NCBI GenBank assembly: GCA_964531315.1
Contig: CAZHEZ010000061.1
Location: 1-35,808 of the forward strand
DNA: 35,808 nt
DNA from: an uncultured Candidatus Obscuribacterales bacterium
GTDB taxonomy: Bacteria; Cyanobacteriota; Vampirovibrionia; Obscuribacterales; Obscuribacteraceae
Direction of reading: 5' to 3'
Shown here in pieces: positions 26,249 to 33,208 of the stretch. The notes beneath the pieces were generated by a model that ran no database searches, was not told the DNA's origin, and saw only the letters and a list, made by a program, of their open reading frames with translations. Positions within the stretch are counted from its first letter, which is position 1; each line of letters begins with the position of its first letter. A program made the translations under genes and the position numbers.

Positions 26249-27622
26249 ATGATCAGCTTGATCTTGATTGGCGCCTTCATCGTCTTCACGATTGGCTTAA
26301 TCGCCAAATACGTGCTCGACAAGAAGGAGCATGAACTGAGAATCACGTGGCAAGAATTCGGGATTGCCGCTGCCGTTCTCATGATTATCGTGATTCCACT
26401 GACCGCCTGGGTCGGACTCAAAGTCGCCTTCAACAACACGGTGACTTACAACGAGTTCTGGAGCGGCTACGAAGTGGAAGCACAATGGTTGAAAATCCAG
26501 ACGTCACGCGACGGAGCAGGCGCCCACAAATGGGACTGCGACCCGTATGACGAGTGGGTTGTAGACCAAGAAGCGTACACCGACGACAAGGGCAATTACC
26601 ACGCCGAGCAGGGTCACTACGAGACTCGCTATCACAGCTGTCCGTACACGACTGAGGAGTGGACTTTCGTCGTCAAGACGACCCTGGGCGATTACTACAT
26701 CGCCGAAAACAACCTGCCCACAGACCCGGAGCAATACCGTTACTACAGTCCGGAAGGCCACTCCCATGGAGCACCTGCCAGCCTGGATCGCGGTGTGCCT
26801 CTGTTTTGGCAGCGCGTCAAAGAGCGCATCGACAGCAATCAGCCCGGTCCGGTCACAGCCAGAAAGCCTTACGACAACTACATTCTGGCTTCCGATCAGA
26901 CCATTCTGAAGAAGTACAGTGCCGACATCGACCGGTACAAGAAAGAGGGCCTTTTCCCGAAGCCCAACGCCACCGTCAGCGATGTCTATTTCGCTGACCG
27001 CGTGTACTTCGTCGGCGTTCAACCGCCGGGTGAATGGCAGAAGTCCGCCAACGCCTTCGATGCAGCACTCGGCATGGAGTTGACCGGAGACCTGCACCTG
27101 ATCATCGTCGACGCCAATAAAGTCAGTGACCCGGAGAATTACTCCGCGGCGCTTTTCGCTTACTGGCAGTCGCCGGAATTCGGCAAAGACGCCATCTCCA
27201 AGAACAGCATCATGGTCATCCTTGCTACCAAAGACGGCAAAACCGTTCAATGGGCACGAGCGGCGACCGGCATGCCTAGGGGCAACGAGCGTCTTCTCAT
27301 CGACATCCGCGATCAGCTGCCGGGCACGGCACTCGATCCTGTCTCCGTTCTCGGCACGCCCAGAGGCGAGCTGTACAACAACGGCGGCAAGACCTTTGTG
27401 CGCGTTGTGCACTCGCAGGGCAAGCTCGAGTCGATTATCTGGGGACCGGATAAATTCGAGCGTGTGCACATGAAGGACTACAGCTACCTGATCCACGAAA
27501 TCGAGCCCACAACCGGGCAGAAGGCGTGGATTATCTTCTTCATCACACTGTTGGGCTGCGTGGCCTGGGGCATTTGCATTGCCTACGGACCGCCTACCTA
27601 CAGGCGTTTCAGCGGTCGTTAA
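26249..27622 (+). CDS. Two-TM protein with a Cys-containing N-terminal domain and a TPM-like C-terminal domain (A1), paired with LemA
   Basis: SD aaggagg upstream. N-terminal TM (ISLILIGAFIVFTIGLIAKYVL) and C-terminal TM (AWIIFFITLLGCVAWGICIAY). Conserved Cys motifs WDCDPY and RYHSCPYTTEEWTF. TPM-like segment GDLHLIIVDANKVSDPENYSAALFAYWQSPEFGKDAISKNSIMVILATKDGKTVQWARAATGMPRGNE. Strong paralog of 28439-29824. Confidence 0.65.
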   Translation: MISLILIGAFIVFTIGLIAKYVLDKKEHELRITWQEFGIAAAVLMIIVIPLTAWVGLKVAFNNTVTYNEFWSGYEVEAQWLKIQTSRDGAGAHKWDCDPYDEWVVDQEAYTDDKGNYHAEQGHYETRYHSCPYTTEEWTFVVKTTLGDYYIAENNLPTDPEQYRYYSPEGHSHGAPASLDRGVPLFWQRVKERIDSNQPGPVTARKPYDNYILASDQTILKKYSADIDRYKKEGLFPKPNATVSDVYFADRVYFVGVQPPGEWQKSANAFDAALGMELTGDLHLIIVDANKVSDPENYSAALFAYWQSPEFGKDAISKNSIMVILATKDGKTVQWARAATGMPRGNERLLIDIRDQLPGTALDPVSVLGTPRGELYNNGGKTFVRVVHSQGKLESIIWGPDKFERVHMKDYSYLIHEIEPTTGQKAWIIFFITLLGCVAWGICIAYGPPTYRRFSGR

Positions 27623-27642
27623 TCGCTGGTAAGGAAAATTCC

Positions 27643-28311
27643 ATGAACTCTGACAAGATTCTCGAACTCCTCAAAAAGCCTGGTGTAATCATCGGCTTGA
27701 TCGTCGCTGCCGTTCTTCTGTTCGGCACTATCTCCGTGATCGGCACTTATACCAGCGTGCGCAACGAAGGTCGCACGCAAGAGTTGTCCATGAACGCGCA
27801 GTGGAAAAACACCCAGACGCGCTACGGGCAATTCCGCATGGGCATGGCCGACAAGCTGGCGATCGCGCGCGAAAAGCGTGACGCCATCAACAAGATCCTG
27901 GTCGATGCCGTCTCCGGACGCTACGACAAGCAGGGTCAACCCGGCACCGTCAATCAGGATGCGGTCTTCTCGGCTATCAAAGAAGCCTATCCCGACTTGA
28001 AGGGGCTCAACATCTTCGACCAGCTAATCGTCGACATCCAGGCGGGGCGTGAAGCCTTCGCCAAGGACCAGGAGACTATGGCTGACATGGTGCGCTCCTA
28101 CAACTCCTGGCGCGAGACGGGCAGCTTCCTGCACCCGACTTTCGTCAAGTGGGCTGGCTTCCCATCGGATGTCCTGGAAGCGCGCGTGGGCGACAAGGTC
28201 TATCACGGGCAAGCGGCTCTCGACAAAATGAACACCGTGATCGTGGGTCAGGGCACAAGCGAGATCTTCGACACCGGCAACGACAAACCTCTGGTCGTTC
28301 CCGGCAAGTAA
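27643..28311 (+). CDS. LemA-family protein (B1)
   Basis: SD aaggaaa upstream of the ATG at 27643. N-terminal TM. LemA-like blocks TYTSVRNEGRTQELSMNAQWKNTQTRYGQ, EAYPDLKGLNIFDQL and YNSWRETGSFLHPTFVKWAGFPSD (cf. the LemA consensus YNsLV..EN…aWsqVenqYQRR…eqYPdLKan…YN..v..yN..i..FP…fGf). Confidence 0.65.
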   Translation: MNSDKILELLKKPGVIIGLIVAAVLLFGTISVIGTYTSVRNEGRTQELSMNAQWKNTQTRYGQFRMGMADKLAIAREKRDAINKILVDAVSGRYDKQGQPGTVNQDAVFSAIKEAYPDLKGLNIFDQLIVDIQAGREAFAKDQETMADMVRSYNSWRETGSFLHPTFVKWAGFPSDVLEARVGDKVYHGQAALDKMNTVIVGQGTSEIFDTGNDKPLVVPGK

Positions 28312-28438
28312 GCCGCGCCCTCTCTTTCTGAGGCGCCACCATAGGCAGTGGCAGAGTGGTCGTCTGCTTTGCAGGTGACCTCTTTTGCCATTGCCGTTCG
28401 AGCGCCCAAATTAATAACAAAAAAGTGAGGTACTGCCT

Positions 28439-29824
28439 ATGATGAACATGATCATTGTGGGTGCTCTGATTGTCTTTGCGATTGGACTTGTTACCAAGTT
28501 CATCCTGGACAAGAAGGAGTCTCCATACAGAATCACTCTTGCCGAATTTGCGATTGCCGGAGCAGTGCTCCTGGCTCTCGTAATTCCTGGCACTACCTGG
28601 CTCGGATACAAGATGGCCTATGAAAACGCCGTCACGTACGAAGAGTTTTGGAACGGTCAGGAAGTAAAGGCCACGTGGGATAAGATTCAGTGCGACAGGG
28701 ACGGAGCTGCTGCCCATACCTTCCGCTGCGATCCCTACAAGGTGCTGGTCACGTACGATTGCTCGTATTACACCGGCTCAGGCAAGAATCGTCACCGTGT
28801 CTCCAAAACGTGCACACGTTGGGAGACGCGCTATCACAGCTGCCCTTACGTCACCGAGGAATGGACCTTCAAGGTCTACACAACGCTCGGCGAGTACACG
28901 ATTGCAGCCAACAATTTCCCGGACCATCCGGAGAATTACCGGTATACCAGTCCGAAAGGATACTCGCAGCCGGCTCCCTCTGATGTTCCGCGCGGCGTTC
29001 CCCAGTTCTGGCAGGACGCCAAAAACCGGCTGGACGCCAATAAGCCGGGGCCTGTAGCTGTGCGCAAGGAGTACGACAATCTCATCCTTGCCTCTCAGCA
29101 CACGATTCTGAAGAAGTACAGTCAGGACATCGAGCGCTACAAGAAAGACAACCTCTTTCCCAAGATTGCCTCGAGCGTTCACGATTTCTACCTGGCTGAC
29201 CGGGTCTACTTCGTTGGTGTGACGCCTGACCCCCGCTGGCAGTGGCACATCAATTACTTCAATGGCGCCCTTGGCTATGAATTGCAGGGCGACCTGCACG
29301 TGGTCATTATCGATGCCGACAAGGTAAACGACCCGGACAATTACGCGGCGGCCCTTTCCGCGTACTGGCAATCGCCCGAGATGGAGAAGAATGCGCTGTC
29401 GAAAAACGCCATTCTCGTCGTCCTGGGCGTCAAGGGCGAAACAGTCAGTTGGGCTCGGGCGACGACCGGCATGCCGCGTGGAAACGAGGCCATGCTGATA
29501 GAAATCCGCGACCAACTCAAAGGCGCTCCCTACGACCCCAGGTCCATCCTCGGGGTGCCGCATGGAGAACTGACTTCAGTCAACGGCGAGACAAAAGTGC
29601 ACATCGTGCATGGACCCGATCAGGGCGCTCTGGAAAGCATCATCTTTGGTGCCGACAAATTCCAGCGTGTGCATATGACGGACTACCAGTACCTGGCGCA
29701 CGAAATCGAGCCGACCGACGGGCAGAAGGGGTGGATCTACTTCTTCATCATCCTGTTCGGCATCATCGCCTGGGGCATCTGCGTCTACGTCGGACCCCAA
29801 ACCTATCACCGTGTTCGCCGGTAA
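28439..29824 (+). CDS. Two-TM Cys-containing TPM-like protein (A2), tandem paralog of A1
   Basis: Colinear with A1 over the full length, roughly 60-65% identical by eye. Same Cys motifs (FRCDPY, RYHSCPYVTEEWTF) and TPM-like segment GDLHVVIIDADKVNDPDNYAAALSAYWQSPEMEKNALSKNAILVVLGVKGETVSWARATTGMPRGNE. N- and C-terminal TM helices. Confidence 0.65.
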   Translation: MMNMIIVGALIVFAIGLVTKFILDKKESPYRITLAEFAIAGAVLLALVIPGTTWLGYKMAYENAVTYEEFWNGQEVKATWDKIQCDRDGAAAHTFRCDPYKVLVTYDCSYYTGSGKNRHRVSKTCTRWETRYHSCPYVTEEWTFKVYTTLGEYTIAANNFPDHPENYRYTSPKGYSQPAPSDVPRGVPQFWQDAKNRLDANKPGPVAVRKEYDNLILASQHTILKKYSQDIERYKKDNLFPKIASSVHDFYLADRVYFVGVTPDPRWQWHINYFNGALGYELQGDLHVVIIDADKVNDPDNYAAALSAYWQSPEMEKNALSKNAILVVLGVKGETVSWARATTGMPRGNEAMLIEIRDQLKGAPYDPRSILGVPHGELTSVNGETKVHIVHGPDQGALESIIFGADKFQRVHMTDYQYLAHEIEPTDGQKGWIYFFIILFGIIAWGICVYVGPQTYHRVRR

Positions 29825-29859
29825 ATCCGGCCACAAATTTCCGTAAGGAGAAAAAAGTC

Positions 29860-30486
29860 ATGAAGAAATTCATCGTAATCGGCGTCATCGCCGCGCTCGT
29901 GCTGGGAATCTTCTCGGTCATCAGCACGTACACATCGATCCGCAACGAGGGCACCCGCACGGAGCTCTCCATCACTGCCAAGTACAAGGCGATGCAGGCC
30001 AGCTACGGCCAGGACCGCCTCGCTTTCACCGACCAGCTGGGCATTTCCCGCGACAAGCGTGACGCCATGGACAAGATCCTGACGGACGCCGTCAGCGGTC
30101 GCTACAACAAGGCGGGCTCACCCCAGGTCGACAACGGCAAGCTCTTCTCGGCCATCACCGAGGCTTATCCCGACCTCTCCGGTCTGAACATCTATGACAA
30201 GATCATGGACTTCGTCACCAAGATGCGCAGCAAGTTTGCGCAGGACCAGGCCCAGGTCGCCGAGATGATCAAGGACTACAACACCTGGCGCGAGACGGGC
30301 AGCTTCCTGCACCCGACTCTGGTCAAGTGGGCTGGCTTCCCCTCGGATGCACTCGAGGTGCAGGCCAACGGCAACGTCTACCGCGGTCAGGCTGCGCTCG
30401 ACAAGATGTCGCGCCCGATCGTCGGCTCCGACACCGGTCAGATCTTCGACACGGGTGTGGACCAGCCGGCCATCCCTGGCAAGTAA
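29860..30486 (+). CDS. LemA-family protein (B2), paralog of B1
   Basis: SD aaggag upstream of the ATG at 29860. Blocks TYTSIRNEGTRTELSITAKYKAMQASYGQ, EAYPDLSGLNIYDKI and YNTWRETGSFLHPTLVKWAGFPSD. Confidence 0.65.
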   Translation: MKKFIVIGVIAALVLGIFSVISTYTSIRNEGTRTELSITAKYKAMQASYGQDRLAFTDQLGISRDKRDAMDKILTDAVSGRYNKAGSPQVDNGKLFSAITEAYPDLSGLNIYDKIMDFVTKMRSKFAQDQAQVAEMIKDYNTWRETGSFLHPTLVKWAGFPSDALEVQANGNVYRGQAALDKMSRPIVGSDTGQIFDTGVDQPAIPGK

Positions 30487-30507
30487 CTAACCCAATCAGC
30501 TGTGGTT

Positions 30508-30575
30508 CTGCAAGGAGGGGCAACCCTCCTTGCAGACTGTGGCGGCAAAAGCGCCCTGCGTTTTTGCTCTTTTCC
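30508..30575 (+). terminator. Intrinsic terminator after the duplicated A/B module
   Basis: Perfect 12-bp stem ctgcaaggaggg-gcaa-ccctccttgcag (GNRA loop), then ggcg-gcaaaa-gcgcc and cctgcgTTTTTgctcTTTTcc. Confidence 0.6.
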
Positions 30576-30700
30576 ACTTTTCTATTAGTCAATATAGTGA
30601 AAAATTTAACGTTGAAGCAACGCTTGATTGGTAATAGTGTCGCAAACAGCTTCAGGCAGTCCAGGCAGGTCAACATTGTTGGCTTTCCTGTATTTGGCTT

Positions 30701-30716
30701 GGTATTGTATATGGTA
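30701..30716 (+). promoter_or_regulatory. Conserved 16-nt box, copy 3 (ggtattgtatatggta), upstream of the 30972 gene
   Basis: Matches the boxes at 3072-3087 and 10898-10913 in 14 or 15 of 16 positions. Followed by the GC hairpin gcgcatatagcgc. Preceded by a degenerate form of the upstream hairpin sequence (…gcttcaggcag…). Confidence 0.45.
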
Positions 30717-30971
30717 TCAGACTTAGCGCATATAGCGCCTGCGAATTTTTAGCAAAATATACTAAATTCAAGCATCTTCAGTTAGATAACGTTGCTTTGC
30801 CAGTCCGATAAAAGACAGGTTGATTGTGCAATTTCAATCTATCTTCGTGTGGGGAAAAACCGACCAGATCCTCCAACCTCCTTCTTCTGGGCATTTTTGC
30901 ATTCAGCATGAGCTGAATTGCGTGCCCACCAACCCAACCCTTCTGTGCTCCCAGCGTGAAAGGAAATTCCC

Positions 30972-31253
30972 ATGAACAACGTCGCGATTGCCATCTGTGC
31001 ATTCGCCAAAGCCTTCCTCTGCCTGTTTCTGATTGTGGCATGCGGTGGTTTCGTCGGGCTGACCATCGCAATTGGCCTTGATGGGCTCTTTGGCGGCCCG
31101 GCCATGGAAGCTTTCAATGCAAAAATCATGACTCCGTCGTTTCTGCTTGGTTACCTGGCGTTTTCAGCTTGCTGGCTCCTTCTGATTCTGGTCATAGGAA
31201 TCATGCATTACTGGCCCTTGTGTGCGCAAAAACTGCAGGCGCGGCGAGGCTGA
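30972..31253 (+). CDS. Small multi-helix membrane protein (93 aa), hypothetical
   Basis: SD aaggaaa upstream; three hydrophobic helices (IAICAFAKAFLCLFLIVACGGFVGLTIAIGL, TPSFLLGYLAFSACWLLLILVIGIM). Confidence 0.5.
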   Translation: MNNVAIAICAFAKAFLCLFLIVACGGFVGLTIAIGLDGLFGGPAMEAFNAKIMTPSFLLGYLAFSACWLLLILVIGIMHYWPLCAQKLQARRG

Positions 31254-31392
31254 ACTTAAAGTGTGCTGCGGCTAAACATCAAGAGCATGTCGGCTGTCGA
31301 TGATTTGCAGTCCCGGCGCCAAATATAGGCGCTGGGACTGGCTGAGGAGAATAAATTTGGGCAGGTTTCTTCTATTTTTTTGCCTGAATGTT

Positions 31393-31572
31393 GCTATGAA
31401 ACTTTTGCAAGGTTCATAGCCAAAACGCAATCCGCAAGGTCCTTGCAGCGTCAGAGTTTTGGGCGATTTTGCTGATTTTCGCGTTGGATAAGGCTAGTTT
31501 CGCCACCGTAAACACTGGCTTTGCGGGTTCATAAAAGCGCGATCAGCTATGAAATTCCAAAAGTTTCATAGC
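31393..31572. promoter_or_regulatory. Pair of 28-bp near-identical palindromes (candidate operator sites) in a ~820-bp gene-free region upstream of the LOG-family gene
   Basis: GCTATGAAACttttgcaagGTTCATAGC (31393-31420) and GCTATGAAATtccaaaagTTTCATAGC (31546-31572). A consensus TTGACA hexamer at about 31756-31761 lies between them and the gene. Confidence 0.45.
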
Positions 31573-32076
31573 AATTCCTCATTGGTGTTTTGACAATACC
31601 GGCCTTTGTTTGAAATTGATGATTTCGGCTCTGTTTAGCTCAGACCGGCTGCTTCCAACCAAAGCCTGGTTCACGTGAGCGCGCATGAACTTTCAACACA
31701 GCTTGAGCAAATCAAAAAACCGCCAACCACTCAAAATGCGCCTTTTATATATCCACTTGACAAGTTCGCGCAGCTTGGCCAAGCTGGTCTTTCCAGATTT
31801 TAGGTAGATCTGTATCTTCCTCCTCGACCTTTCGCTAGGTTGAGATATCTACATTCTTTCTTTTGATCATCAGGTATTAACTCCAGGCTCATAACTCACA
31901 TTCCAGTTCCGCAGGAACACCGGCCACACGCGCCGAGAGAATGAGTACGGGTCTGGAGCTAATGCTTGGTCATCGGCAGAAAGAATTGGCAATTGAAACT
32001 GATCCAGAGGCGGCCGATTGGCTTGCTGTTTGGTGTTTTGCAGTTTCCAGAAAAGCAGCCTGACTGCTGCATAACA

Positions 32077-32880
32077 ATGAAATGGAGAACTAATGTGAAC
32101 ACTCAACTGAAATCGATCGAAGCCGCCCTGTCGCGGCTTGATCCCGAACGTCGAGAGCGGATTCTGCAACAGGCGGCCGAATGGGCCACTGCTGCCGCTG
32201 CGCTCGAAGACGTCAAACGCCGTGGGCTGACTTTGGTCGGCTTCATGGGTTCGGCTCGCGAACACGAGCACACCGAAGAGATCTGCCACCTGGTCGAAGA
32301 CATCGCGTCGCGGCTGGGACCCAAGTTTGCTGTCATCACTGGTGGTGGAGACGCCGTCATGGCTTTCGCCAATCGTGGTGCCAAGCGCGGCGGTTCTTTC
32401 TCAATCGGTCTCAACCTCCTGGCGCCCAACACGCCGGAGCAGCGCCCCAACGATTATCTCGACCTGGCTCTGCCGCACAGCGGTTTCGGGCACCGGTTGG
32501 ATAATTTCCTCTCCTACACCGACATCATGGTGTTGGGCATCGGCGGCTTCGGCACGGACCTGGAAGAAGTCTTCTACCGTCAGTGCATTCAAGTCGGCAC
32601 CCACAGCGAGATCCCGCTCGTCTACCTGAAGCCCAGCTTCTGGCGCGGCAAGCTCGATCTGGTGCGCTTGCAGTTGGAGCGCCGCCTGTTCAGCCCGGAA
32701 GACCTGAGGATGGTGCATATCGTCCCTGAAGATTCCGACCTGACCGGCAGCGGCTCACTCTCGCTGCACGACCGCCAGCTGTTCCAAATCGACCACGATG
32801 GAAACACCGAGGCCGACCGGGCCAGCAACCTGATCTTCCGTCTGGCTCAACAGCGCCAGAGGTCGGTGAAATATGCATAA
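32077..32880 (+). CDS. LOG-family (TIGR00730-type, Rossmann-fold nucleotide-binding) protein
   Basis: Motifs AVITGGGDAVMAFANRGAKRGGSFSIGLN and IMVLGIGGFGTDLEEVF match the GGGxGxMxA … PGGxGTxxE signature of the LOG/lysine-decarboxylase-like family. The start is uncertain (ATG at 32077, or GTG at 32095 with a GGAGA SD). Confidence 0.7.
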   Translation: MKWRTNVNTQLKSIEAALSRLDPERRERILQQAAEWATAAAALEDVKRRGLTLVGFMGSAREHEHTEEICHLVEDIASRLGPKFAVITGGGDAVMAFANRGAKRGGSFSIGLNLLAPNTPEQRPNDYLDLALPHSGFGHRLDNFLSYTDIMVLGIGGFGTDLEEVFYRQCIQVGTHSEIPLVYLKPSFWRGKLDLVRLQLERRLFSPEDLRMVHIVPEDSDLTGSGSLSLHDRQLFQIDHDGNTEADRASNLIFRLAQQRQRSVKYA

Positions 32881-33208
32881 CAGGGCGGTATTCGTGAATC
32901 GCCATGATCGACACAAGCAGCTCAACACGCGAGCCGAGCGTCATTGTCCCTGTCCGGGGCAATGGGGCTTGAGCTGGCGGGAGGGGCTGAAAACAAAGGA
33001 AAACGACGCTGTCATTGGTTTAACACCCTGATGACGGCGCCGTTTTTCTTATTTTCGGTTCTACGAGGAAATATAGTAATACAGCGATAAAAAGAAGAAG
33101 GTTGGGCCAAAGACCGCTTGTAAGCGGCTTCAACCCAACCTCCTCCTCACTCAATGAGCCGCTCGATTAGTAGGTGCCAGGCGAACCCGACATCATCCAA
33201 TCAAACGC

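Noticed and set aside
26504-29563. Minus-strand ORFs 26504-27496 and 28778-29563 inside A1 and A2
   Set aside because: Antisense shadows of the paralogous A genes. The plus-strand reading is supported by paralog conservation, SDs and TM helices.
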